This document shows positions 45,700 through 58,300 of a stretch of 64,000 nucleotides of DNA, one piece after another; the stretch's first letter is position 1; the number at the start of each line of letters is the position of its first letter. This stretch comes from Trypanosoma brucei (Eukaryota). Where the stretch lies: positions 1-64,000 of the forward strand of contig CM000208.1 in the NCBI GenBank assembly GCA_000002445.1, given 5' to 3'. Under the pieces are notes generated by a model, which was given only the letters and a program-made list of their open reading frames with translations, was not told the DNA's origin and did not search any database. The translations under genes were made by a program, and so were the position numbers.

Positions 45700-48105
45700 T
45701 GATAAACATATTAAAACCGAAGGGAGCTCATCCGTGTAAAATGTCTCTTTCTACTGACCGGCGGTCGCTGTTCGAGGCACTGCGAATGGGAGAAACAGCG
45801 GTAAAGGCAGGAATTTTTCGGCGGACTTGGATAGTACTCTTGGGTATCGGATATCATAACACCAGCATCTACCTTCAGCTTGTGTTTGATCATTGTAGTG
45901 TAGAAAAGAATGAATTGACGGACAAAAAAGCGAGGGCATCTGCCAACGTTCCTCAACAAGACGTTGGGTGAATACCCGACATCACTGCCTTGGAAAAGTG
46001 ACACCTCATGGCGAGCAGAGAGAAACTGAAGACACACAGGTTGGAAATGACCGGTGAATGGCAACCAACTAAAGAAGATTTGCCACTAAACCGATAGAGC
46101 AGGTGCAGTCGCCAATTCCGCATTGGGACATCGAATACATATGGATAGTTGCTGCTGAGGATAGACAAAACAGTTCCTGACAAGTGCAGATGGTGTGAAA
46201 CCCATCCCTGCGCACACTGCGGGAAATTAAATTCCGATAGAGCTCACATAGTGTTTCATACGAACCGAATTCACAGTGTACCCTACCATGAGGCATTGCG
46301 CCGGTTGAAACGTGCTGCACACCCTGGTAATGCTGGCCACATCAAGGTGGTGTCAGGGTCCAGTGCCCCGTATCATCGGGGGAAGCCAAGAGCCAGCAGC
46401 GTTCTTCTTATGGGGAACACTGCTTTGCTTCGGCTACAGCGTCATAGAGCACAGGGATCAGCAGCGTCTTTCTGGGACAGCGTCTTTTATTTGTCGGTCC
46501 CTGGGCACGTGGCAAGCGTGCCATCAGCAGTATCACCCGCACATGCTGCAGAACTTGGGGTGTTGCCTGAAATATCACCCTATAACCCCCGCCCCCCACC
46601 GAAGTCGCATGTTCTCATTGTCTGTAACAAATCCTATGGAAACAAAGGAGGGCTCACATTGCACAAAACTCGATGCCTTCACGGCAAAACGAGAAAGTTA
46701 GACGATGAAATGTCGGAGCAACGGAAAGATGATGAAAATATCAAAGAGCACAAATGGGTTTGCGCAGAACGTGGCTTTCAATCCAAGAGTGCAGGTGTAC
46801 TAACATTGCGCAGGCCACAGAAACACCCCATGACCAACGACAGTCCCTTTCCACCCCACACTGGCGGAACCATAATCCACACTGAATATGATAAAAAACA
46901 CACTCCAGTGAGAAATCTGTGGGTTCAAATTGATTTAGCAAAAAGGTTCGACAATACGTCATGGAATAAAGAGCAGAGGTCAGCTTTAGCACATCATTCC
47001 AGTGGTGGAGAAACGGATAGGCACACAAAGTGAAAACCGACCGCATCAACCCAACACCAATGAACAAAGTGATAACACCACCAGTTCAACCCCTGGAGAA
47101 AATGAAGCGATATATGGACCTCGCAGCTATATATTTCACACGTAAATTGGACTAGTGATAAGTCACGGGATGAAATACTGCGAAGTACAACCGCAAACGG
47201 GGTCGCGAGGAATAAAAAGGCAACGGGAACTCGAGGAGAATGCAAGTATTCCAACGAAGGGCTCCCGAGCGACGGAAACGAGAGGGCATCCAGTGAACGA
47301 CCCAGTAGGCACATCTGAGCCGCTACAATGCACGCAATGTGGCCTTGTATCACAATCAAAAGGGGGAACAACACCAAACACCAAGATTCAACACCGCAGA
47401 GGCCATCCCCTGGATAGTAACGCTGGTACAAAACGGAGCCGTTCCATCACAGAACAAGAGGTATCCCTCATTTGGAACACGCTAACTATAGGTGTAAATG
47501 ACGCCTGTTGCACGCAATGCCGTCATACGCATGTATCAAAAGACAGCCTGATGGAGCACTTCGGGGGAATGCATAGACAGCATCCCTTCTCCGTAGCAAA
47601 AGAATCTCCACCACCGCTCCAGAGCTTCAACGTCAGAGGGTTTCATCTACACTTCACGTTCGTGAACCGAAATAAGACGTCCCACTCAACATCAGGTTCA
47701 TCCGTACATCGCCATCAAAAACATGAAATCTGCGTTGAAAGGAAACATACACACTCCAACGAATGCGAAGAGAATCCCACCCACATACTCGTGCGCTCAA
47801 GCCTAAAGTGCTCTGCAGTTACTTCGGGCTTGAGGGCGAAAATATGCAGAAGATAGTGTTCACCAAGAACCTTGCACAATTCCTCCTAGAAATTGAGAAA
47901 CCCCTCATTCTCTTCCAACATGTACTTTCTTCCTCGTGGAGGAACACTCCACTCAAGGAGAGACTAAACACAATGGTGTGCCCAGCATTGGTAAAAACTG
48001 TAAACTCCCCACTACTCCTCCACATTTGGATCGTAAAAATATATGTAGAAGTCTTGAGCCCTCCAGCACGGTGTCAGAGCCACCGCAGGATTGAGAATTA
48101 AAAGT
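45700..48105 (+). mobile_element. Degenerate ingi-related element(s) (DIRE-like), composite. It has three parts:
- 45740-46310: diverged RNase H region (LQLVFDHCSVEKNELTDKKA ~ ingi LQFVFGHCGVKRNEVCDDMAKKA; IPDITALEK ~ IPDIIAYAK; CRWCETHPC ~ CRWCNPQHA).
- 46320-46560: a ~85%-identical copy of the ingi/RIME 5' 250 bp, beginning exactly at ccctgg.
- To ~48100: diverged C2H2 zinc-finger C-terminal region.
   Basis: Plus-strand ORFs 45678-45971, 46149-47033 and 47155-47856 align segment by segment with the C-terminal third of the ingi polyprotein at ~35-50% identity. They are broken by stops and frameshifts, and there is no long poly(A). Confidence 0.6.
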
Positions 48106-48528
48106 TCAGTAACGCCTACTTGTCCCTTACAATTAGTTCCAACCTAACCTATACAAATCATCAATAACACAAATATAGTTTTATCTAACACAGATAGTAA
48201 TAAATTAATAGCACACTCACAACAGAGCACCATATAAAGGAAAATGTTACATAAAGTTTTTAGCTCCCTTGAGATGCCGTGGCATCACCAGAGGGCTCTC
48301 CAAATAAACCACCGCTATCTTGATAACGGCACTCAGCGTTGCTGGTAGTTACTGCTAAACAAAAAAAAATATTGATATCACATTCATTATTCATCTTAAC
48401 AAAACAAATTCATATGATATTATTTATACACTCACATATTAAAAAATTAAACAATATGCACACGTATACATGCACAAACCATAAAGAAAAAAGTCGGTAC
48501 ACAACAATGTTGGTAACGTACCAATAAA

Positions 48529-49972
48529 CTAAAACATACAAATAAGAGATAAAATTAATAATGTAAACCCCCCAGTTTCCATATTCAAATGAGTAAGTCC
48601 ATCATTATTTACATCAGTATCATCACCTTCACCGTCACCTTCGCTTTTACCTCGGCTACTCTTCCATAGCTCTGCATCACCACCAAGTTTCACTTCAAGA
48701 AATATTTCCTCTGCCTCATGTTGGTACTCTTCCAACTCATGAAGATGGCTGTCAGCTTCTTTGGCATACTTCGCCATTTCTTGTAGTTCCTTGGTGGCGT
48801 TAGTGAGGCGGTTGTACCAAGGAATTCCACCATTTTCAAGTGTGTGATTGTAACTGACGCATGTAAACCCAGCAGTGTGACCTGTGCATGTGCGATTATC
48901 GTTATGTTCTGTTTTCACATAACGAAGGATACCTTTCACCCGATGTCCGCGCTGTTCCAAATTTACTAAAGCATCAAACTGATCTAATGCACTCTTCAAG
49001 GTTTTCGCATTAGATGCAATATTCTTGTACATGCAAGCTTTACTAATCACATCCCATGCCTCAGTATGGTTGTATTTTATATTTTCAGGCTTGCAGGTAT
49101 TATAGTTGCTCGGACAATACTCAGCCATCATAGTCCAACTACCATTTTTAGGTCTCCTAATTTCATCCTTACAAGGACAGTTATATCCACTGTATATGTT
49201 TTCACTACTTGAGCCAGTATCCATTTGATATGTATTTTTCTTTCTTAACAATATCAATAGCCTCTCCCACACATAAACAGAAGAATTCATTAATTAGCGT
49301 CTTTCCAACTTGTCTCCATAAGAACCGCAGCTCGTGGCCGCGCTGTAGACACTATTAACAGCAGTGATTTGTTTCCTTTCATGGCTTCCTCCAGAGTTTA
49401 CTCTCATTTCTTGCCACATCCACAGCGTCGATATATACAGCTCTCGGCAAATTTCCTTCAGCAGAGCGCCTTGCATTTAAGGCTTTTGTCCTATTCACTT
49501 CTATTCCTTCCTTCAGCTTTTTCGCCTTTTCAAGTAGTTGCTTCATCTCCTGATATGCTGTCGTGCTGTTAGATGAATTGCTCGAGCCCTTATTGACACC
49601 AACAGCTTCTGCCTCACTGACCATTTCCTCCAAATTCTTCAGAATCTCTCCTTCCTTCTCACGATTCTTAAAGGAGGGTTGTGGGGCCTCTGCTTGCGTG
49701 ATTCGGTAAATCCTGCACAGTGTCTCGAATTCACCAACGTTGTGGTGCTTTTCTTCTTGATGGACATTATCCCTGATCGCCCTCCAATCAATCAACTCGG
49801 GGGTCCACTTGAAAGACCACATATCACCCTGAGAGGAAGGAGATAAGACAGCCGCAAGCAACGCAATGGCAAACACTGTTTCGCGCCTCATCGTGATTTT
49901 GCCTCTACATTCATTAGTCAAAGAGAGGGGCAAAAGCTTATCATTACAATAATTATTGTTATTGACAGACAC
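48529..49972 (-). pseudogene. Frameshifted gene for a ~450-aa surface-type protein. It has an internal-Met signal peptide (MRRETVFAIALLAAVLSPSSQG, likely start ~49891), a Cys-rich central region and a GPI-signal-like hydrophobic C-terminus (…METGGFTLLILSLICMF). It is VSG-related or ESAG-like (ESAG2- or ESAG6/7-sized); family not resolved.
   Basis: Two collinear minus-strand ORFs (49379-49972 and 48529-49290) are separated by a short out-of-frame gap. Together they give a signal peptide plus GPI architecture. Confidence 0.45.
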
Positions 49973-51434
49973 ACTCAGTAAACAAATACATCAATATATC
50001 GAAATTAATAAGTGCCTGACACAGACCAACTACAGTATCCAACAAAGCAGGAAGCACATCCCAATACACATATTTACATGGGTTCACCCTCCTAAGCTGC
50101 ATATTAACATTAAACACCCTCACAGCTGTTTTCCCATTGATTGTCTTACTCTTACATATATCTGCATACAATAAATCCACTTTCTTAAGCACCATGCTAG
50201 GTCCTCCAATTTTCCAACTGAGTTCCTCTTGCACTCTCTTGATTTCCTCAATAATAAGCTTATCCATTCTCCTATCGAGCACCTGCACTTTTATGTTAAA
50301 ATTATCCAAATCCTTCATTGGCTTTATTAACTTCGGCTGCTACCTTATTGCTTTATTCGCTAGTACATTGCGTGCTTAATTCGAATGCACGTGTTACCCT
50401 TATCCAATGCACACAACTCTGCTGCTGAGCCTCATTTAGCATATCATCCCTTCTTCATACATGTGCTGACAACACTCTTCGTTGTCCTCTCTGCGTGCAT
50501 GCACAGCTCCTTGCCTCCAATTTTCTTTAATCACACACTCTTAAATGTAACAGTTAAATTTTCAAAACACTTTCATTAGACACTTGTGCTTATTATTGAA
50601 ACCTTTCATAATACTGTGATATGATGGAATATTATGTTAGTTGCCAACATACAAAACAGTCCCAGAACAACAAGTGACCTTCCCCATCAGCATCCTCATT
50701 TATATTATTTGCGACATGCAAAATAATCACCATCCTCTCAGTTAACTCTTGCCATCCTCACACCATATGCAAAGAGCATTAACACACTCCACCACCCCAG
50801 AGGAAAAATAATGGAGGGGCAGCCTTATTTATCATCACTCACGATTAAAATAACTCAAAACAGAAACACTCCAACGAAAGATATTATAACCTACGACAAA
50901 CATGTAAGTACGCACATGCAAAGTTATGTATATTTATTATTATTATGATTATGGTGAGGAGGAGTTATTTCTATCAATGCACTTTCTCACAGTAATACAA
51001 CTAGTACTATTCACACTGCCAATAAGATTCGTGTCGAGTTGCAGTTAGGCAACATTGCTGTTTACTTCGCTAAAGCATGAGCAGTTAAAAAAAGTATTTG
51101 ACACAAGGTAAGGTAAACGGAAGACGATTTGGCAGCAACAGCTGAAAGCAATGAAGGAAGAAATGATGTCGTGTACTTCAACTAACAGAAAGAAAACATT
51201 TCCATTTCACCAAATTATTTAATTAATTTACAGAGCCGCCCATATATAAATTATCCTGTGGAATGAGGAAGCTGCTTATGCTGCCGCTGACACAATCCCA
51301 CAATGGACGATATTCACCATATTGGGATACGGGCTTACCTATTTAATATCACCCCATACCGTCCTAACCGTCTCCGCAATAACTTCCTAGTGCGTATTTG
51401 CTTTCACAACAGCATTCGATAATATATTGCTTAC

Positions 51435-51839
51435 TTACCTGACACTTTCGTTAACTTCAGCAAACAACCCACCAACCTTGGCCACGAGGTCTCCCATTAT
51501 ATTTCCGTAAGATATAAGTTTTTCCAATTTCTCACTTTCCCCTCCCATTTCACTACTAACAACACTCAAATATTTAACATTTTCACCTGTTTTCCCTTCC
51601 AAGTCATCAAGTATACGAGACGCATTTGCATATACTTCCTCATTGACAAGTAGCTTCTGTTCGCCATCGGTGTATAATTTGTTTAATGCATCCGAAAGGC
51701 ACTTTATATAGCACACAGCCTCATCCAAATTTATGCCGTCGTGGTCATCTATCGATGTACAACGACCCTCCTCTGCCTCACCAAAGAAGGTCACATAAAA
51801 TAACAAAATAACTAATCCCAGAACCGTACCCTTCATCAC
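51435..51839 (-). pseudogene. Truncated paralog (N-terminal 134 aa only) of the ESAG1-like gene at 10624-11595
   Basis: …CYIKCLSDALNKLYTDGEQKLLVNEEVYANASRILDDLEGKTGENVKYLSVVSSEMGGESEKLEKLISYGNIMGDLVAKVGGLFAEVNESVR is ~80% identical to residues ~40-150 of the 323-aa ORF. Homology stops abruptly at a stop codon with no continuation downstream. Confidence 0.7.
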
Positions 51840-52748
51840 CTATGATTACATGTAACAAGAAGTATGAAGAAGAAAAACACATACAAATGTCCCACAAAAT
51901 GTATTCACCGCACTCCATCTACTCCCTTAATATTTGGAAATACCAAACGATCATATTTTCTGCAGCTGCTGAGGCCATGTCGTACATCCTACCACACAGA
52001 TATTCCACACCTCTGTCCACAGAATGAAGTCCTCTAGGAGATTTAACCGACATCATCAACCTACTTCGTGTGTAAAGATAATAGAAACAAAGCAGAACAA
52101 AGGGTAAGATCCTATTTATCAACGGCAAATTCATTAATAAACCCAACTCCTCAGCAGGGAATCAAGAACAGGAAGCCACGAAAAGCGTATGGCACATATG
52201 ATTTTCACCTCTCAGTTACTTGAGGTGGATTGCATGATTTACCCACCTTCTAAAAACACACCCTCCGAGAGGCCCGATTATAAGAAAAAAAAAACTATGA
52301 CGGTTGAAAAGACGTTTTTCATAAACCTTCACTTTACTCGTGAGGATGCATGCGTAAACAATGATAACGATGAGAATGCTAACGGAAACAATGACGAACC
52401 GTGAGGATCCTAGAAAAAAAAACACATACTTTTACATTAAGGAAACTTAATAAGCAACAAAATATAAATATTCCCTACACAGAGGTATAGGGGGTGTTCG
52501 CCAACTTTGCAACGTTGGCCAAAAAGTATTTAAATGTATCGATCATTCGTGTAGTCAACTAAATAAGAAGTAACATGTACTACACGCACAAAAGCACACT
52601 TATAAAGCCTACAAACCCACTTGTCCCCTTTTAGAGAAGATCACTCACTCGGCAGTGATAGGAGAGGTGATATTAAAAGTTTTCCCTTTATAATTATTTT
52701 TGACTCCTCAATTCGTTGCAACATAACATAACATGCAAAGATGTTGCA

Positions 52749-55387
52749 TCAGGCAGCGGGGCCACCAGCAATAGCGTTTGGTTCATCCTGGGTGATCTCC
52801 CTAACAATATCCTTTTCCATCTTCACTTGAAACTGGTTGATTCTATTCCACAACTCTGTAGTATGACCGCCTCTGCCCCCAACTGGTTCGCACCTCCGCC
52901 TCTCCTTGATTGCTCTGCTGTCACTGTACTGTATGTAAACCAGCTCCCATTTCAAGTTTCTTGCGAGCTCATCCCATTCACGAAACAATTGTTTCATTCC
53001 CTTGATAAACTTATCTACCTTCGTTCGTGCCAGGTGATGCGTCGGTGCCACTGTCGTCTGGAGCAGAACAATTGTTGTTGCGGTGATCGCCCTTCCTTCT
53101 GTATCAACAGCTGGCTCAGTCACAAAGAAAAAGGCGTCCACAACGGGGAAATTTCCCTGTACAGGTCGGTGAAGGCACCCGACCTCGATGTCTTGGCCTC
53201 TCGTTTCGGGGTAAATATGACGAAGTGAAGTTGGAACACGTCCCACGGCATTACCACTTGCCAGAACGGATACATGTAAATGCATATTTTCTCCAATGCG
53301 AGGGAAATACCGCAGGTGCGCCACAATCGTCTGCACAACATTTCTCATCGTGAAGGCATATATGCCCACATTTTCAAATTCATCAGCGGCATGCTCTGCT
53401 TTCCCACGAAAAAAATTCCGAAGGTAATTGTCTTGCATACATGCTTTGTCCACCCACACTCTCAATTTCTGCTCAATATAAACGGAAACAGCTCTGTTTC
53501 TGCATTCTTCTCCATTCTCAGTTACAACCCGGACCAACTTAGCTAACATGTATGTAGTCCCGTCATGGAGCTATTGAACTCGGCCATTCAGCACCTCCAT
53601 GCACTGTTCGGTATCGCGAGCAGCGATTTTTCTCAGTGCCCCTTTTACTTCTGTGATTTGGTCACGATAGCGTTTGTCACCTTCCAGTACTTGGCGGGCC
53701 AGTGGGCCCACCTTCTTAGCCCATCCTAATATTTTCTTCCATTCATTCTCAACTTTTATGATGTGAGTTTCGGTGATTTTACTTGCCTCCAACTTTGACA
53801 GCCGCCTCCACGCAACCGCAGCCTTCAGTTCCACCTCTTCATAGCAATTGATGCAAAGGAACTCGTAACCCCGTGGTTCCTTCCACTTTCTGTAGTTATT
53901 TGGATCTGGAGATGTCAAGACAATTACGGGCCACGTTTCCGGAAAGTCTGTTGGTCTTGGTATTTTTCTCTCTTTCGCCAGGTCGCAAATAATGTAACCA
54001 AGAAGCCATTCGTCAGCCAAGGCATTGACAGCATCCACTCCATCATTTTCCTCATAGAATACAACCCTTCCCGGGTGACCATTTGTCGCCCTGAAGAAAA
54101 TATACGCCCCACCCTTCACAAAACAAGCGATAATCCGCAGCAGCTCCGAATCGTAATGCAGCAACCTTTGGAGCAGGATTTTTTTTTTCTTCGTGCCTTC
54201 GTGGGAGTTTCCCCCAACTGCCGCGGCCATCAGCCATCACCGTAGAGCCCTGAGATGCTATCGGTCTGGCGACTGTGGCAGAGTCTCCCTTTTTTATTAA
54301 ACCTAACACACTCTCTATAATTTTTGTTGTAGTTCCGCAGTTGAACGGGACACAGCAGATGGGGCGAGAAGCCCCCCTCACCCCGGACTCTCCCAAAGAT
54401 GTCAATTGGCAATCCTTTTTTTGGAGTTCCACATCACCGGACAGCAGCATCTTAGTGCGGATGATACTGCTGATGGCACGCTGTCACGTGCCCAGGGACC
54501 GACAAATGAAAGACGGTGTCCCAGCAAGACGCTGCTGATCCCTGTGCTGTATGATGCCGTAGCCGGAGCACAGCAGTGTTCCCCATGAAAGGAATGCTGC
54601 TGGCTCTTGGCTTCCCCCGATGATACGGGGCACTGGACCCTGGCACCATGTTGAGGTGGCCGGCATCGCCAGGGTTTGGAGCAGGAACGAGCCAACACCA
54701 ACTGATTTCCCAATACCTGCAGTGCCGACGAGGACGCAAGGAATCTGTTTTTCGATCAGCCCTCACTCCAGCCACAAATCCAGCCTCTGCTTCACAAGAT
54801 ACCACACTCTCATTACCTCTCGACGAATGTGCACATCTCGGTCAAACACATGGACCTTTGGATTTTCCTCACCCTCTTGAATTACTCTTCGCGGAATGCG
54901 GAACCGGTTATATGGCCAACCCTTGTGCGAGGTGAGCACCGCAATCTCTAAATTACCACGTCGAGGAAGAGGTTCATTCATAGTTCCCGGGCCGTGGCTG
55001 ACATCCACCACTCTTTCCGTCCACAGCTCAGGTTCTCGACCACAATTTCTCACCACCTTCATCATAACCCGACATCACATAACTCCACGTCGCATTGTAT
55101 ATGGATTCATACACTCCTTTAAGTTCGGCACCACCAGCTGTTAGGGCAGCTCGTATCATTGCTTTTTTGACGGCCATCAATGCTGCATCCAGTTTTCTCC
55201 TCACTACGGGACCAACAAATTCCCTTATCTGAGTGGTTGCATTCTCTTCCCATTGTTGTATGTCTTCAATTCCATTACGAGGCAGATAAATAACCGCCCT
55301 CAGTAATTGAAACTCATCGATATCCTGTATTTCTCCAAGAATCCCTGTATCAACAATATAATCCTCCCGGATTCTTAACAAACACAT
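52749..55387 (-). pseudogene. RHS: Second RHS-family pseudogene. The 3' portion (52749-54178) carries a frameshift at ~53550-53570. The gene is split at the hot spot by a RIME (54179-54674). The 5' portion (54687-55387) is itself frameshifted.
   Basis: - The ORF 53571-54230 begins in the RIME 3' tail (MAAAVGGNSHEGTKKKK) and continues into ILLQRLLHYDSELLRII…, homologous to ILLYKLLHYEASQLQII of the first copy.
- 52749-53549 shares the FPVVDAFFFV block.
- Upstream ORFs 54763-55065 and 55028-55387 lie on the same strand. Confidence 0.6.
54179..54674 (-). mobile_element. RIME (~0.5 kb internally deleted ingi derivative: the 5' 250 bp and 3' 250 bp halves joined at ~54420) with a poly(A) tail and a perfect 12-bp target-site duplication tttggagcagga (54167-54178 and 54675-54686)
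   Basis: Both RIME halves are read directly. The halves join at caatcctttttttggag|ttccacatcaccggacagcagcatc. Identical 12-mers flank the element. Confidence 0.92.
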
Positions 55388-58300
55388 TCAGGGCCACATT
55401 CTCTGTGTTGTACGTGTTCGAAAACTTTTGCATCAAAAATTCATGCAGTTTCATATCCTTCAAACCCGCATAGCGTTCCAGTAACACATCTTCCACGCTA
55501 CTTTCCAACACCCATTTGCGACAATTGGTTTCCTTCCCCGTAAAGTACAGTGGGACTGCAACGGAAGATATTCCGATGAGTACTCCAGAGAGGCAGAGTT
55601 ACGGTGAGAGGAGAAAAGAAATATGGTCTTGTACCATACCGTCTCAGGGATCCACAAAGTGGAAGTGCAAAACAGCGTTTGGAAAACATCATCAACAGAA
55701 TTGATAGCCTTAGACTTAAAAATAAATAAAAACAAGAGTTGTATAAGGTATAATAATAATATGATACTGCGTCGTCAAGTATCATTCGAAGAGATGCATG
55801 CACATGACTAGCCTTTGAAAGTCAACAACACAGTTTATCCACAGTGCTAATAGATTTCACTCACTGCACCAAGCAAAGATACAAACAGTTGAATCAAAGT
55901 AACAAGAACACATTATATATCATATCAATATAGGATTAAATGTGTAAGGGCATCCAACCACATACGCGATACGTAAATGTGATAGCAACCACTACACATA
56001 CCGTAACTAAACTGCTGCGCAAGAATATACTTTATTCTTAATGAATATCCAGTCTCATATGACAGTTACTCGACATACATGTAGACAATTTCTTTTAAAT
56101 AGAATCCACATATGATAAATGGATACAATCCCCTTGAACAGTGTTGGAGATGTATTAATGGTAACATGACTCAAAGGGAACGCAGTACAATAACGGTCCG
56201 CGTACTTTCCATAGGATTCACATATCATACCCAGTGTAATTATAATGAGATACAAATCACATACACCGACACACATATATTGAAGAACTTTAGTGGAAGA
56301 GTAACTCAATCACAAGTCACGATTAATCAAAACAGTAAACACAACATAAAATGCAGTAAAGAATGTGTGAGTAAAGGAAAATATACAAATTATCGGACAG
56401 CAACACACATATATATGAAATATGAGTAGAACAATTCATGTAAATATACAGCAAGATCAACAACAGCATAATCTACGGCATTACAACAATTGTTGTATTT
56501 TCATTGTCGGCTGAATGAAGTAACTAACTGCAGAAAAAAAACCCACATACACCTATGTTGCTGTGAGGAGCAGCTGTGATAAAGGTCTGGTGAGAACTGT
56601 TGCTCGATCACTTCTGCGCCCCACATGTGCAGGGTAATGTTGCTGCGGCTTTCTACTATTATTAATGCATTTGTTCTTACCTTCATACGTATCAGCAAGC
56701 TCTGGAATTTTAAAAGAACTGCGGGACATAAATGGTTTGTGGTTTCTCTTTGTCCAAAATTTTAATGATAGAAAATGAAAAATACTGTGAGTGATGTTAA
56801 ATACAAACAAAATTGCGTTACTCTCCTTGTTAATATCAACGGTACACAAGGACATACCCTGTTACTCTCATGACGATCCATGAAGTAAGAAAAGTGTCTT
56901 TCATTATAACAAAGCGGAAAGAAAACTGAAAAAGAGAGATAAGTTCCCAAATATTTCCCACATGTTCGCCTTTCTTCCTATAGAAGAGCAACTAACTGAA
57001 GCAACACATGAATTTCTAAAATAGAAGTATATACCTTTTTTCCAGTTGCAGCGTGAGTTTGCAGCACACACACTCACTCACCACCACCGACATGTTTTTA
57101 CGCGCTCTCTACGCTCACATTACACAACCAACTGAAAGCATTAATATTCAAAAAAGGAAGCCTATCACTATTGTATGAATTTTACGCCCTCTGATGATGC
57201 TGATGATAAGGATTAACCGAGGCAGATGTATTCCCAAGTCCCTTCCTCCACTCCGTTATTTAAGAAATTCCGATATTCTAAAATAACAAAACACAACAAA
57301 AAGGTGCAACAGTACCAACGTACGCACACCAGTCGAACACTCTCCTTTAGAAGACCATATGCACGCTCCCTCATACTTTCATTCTCTTGGAAAGTCATGT
57401 CCCATCTAGAAAAGCAAAAATAAAGAGAATCATTACTGATTAGATTAATCATGCAAGTAGTAATATCCGTCCAAATTCATTCATCAATGAAAGACAATAT
57501 CTGAAGTACAGCAGTGTAAGTGGATCGTGCAAACAAAAACAATTACCCATATTTTGCTCCGTCATTGAATCTTTGTGATAGAGAACGCCGATGGTAGAAT
57601 AAAGGAGACACTATTAATGTGATGGGGTTATGCATGCGCCACTCCGACTGTTCACAAATAAATGCAAATATCACAGTCTCAATATTTTCCAAATATACCC
57701 AACAAATAGGAAGCAAGTATTTTCTAGAATATGTGAAATACACGTCACCGCATCCACAATATAATAAGCGAAGATGAGACTCCATTTTCAAAAGCAAACA
57801 TACAATCATGACAATACCGAGCACCATTTCCCTCGTGTATCCAAAAGACTCTGATACATAAGAGAGCAATTCATAAAAGATGTTTAGAATAATATGGGGA
57901 AGTAGGAAATAATGATCGGTGCTTCTGGTACTCAGCCTAACAGAAATGAATATGATTGACGCAAATTATGTATTTTCTTTTTTTTTTAAGATGGAAAAGA
58001 TAAACTGAAATGGGAGCAAACATGCAGGATGGTAATTTTCCAACGGGTTGAAGCACAAGCTCTCTTTGTATCAACAGTTTGTGCTCAACATTTTTTACTC
58101 AGTGCACTTTTTTTTTTTTACGTGCATGCTTTAGTGAGACTTCATTCAATCATCCAGCTGAAACGCGGAACACTCCCAAGCCAATCATCCAACACTTCTC
58201 TGATGTGTTTTTTCTCCATTTCCTCTTGCCTAATTGCTAGAACTCAGCTTTCCGTGACTTCTGTTGGAAATACCACCTCATTCCTACTGTTTGAAACCGC

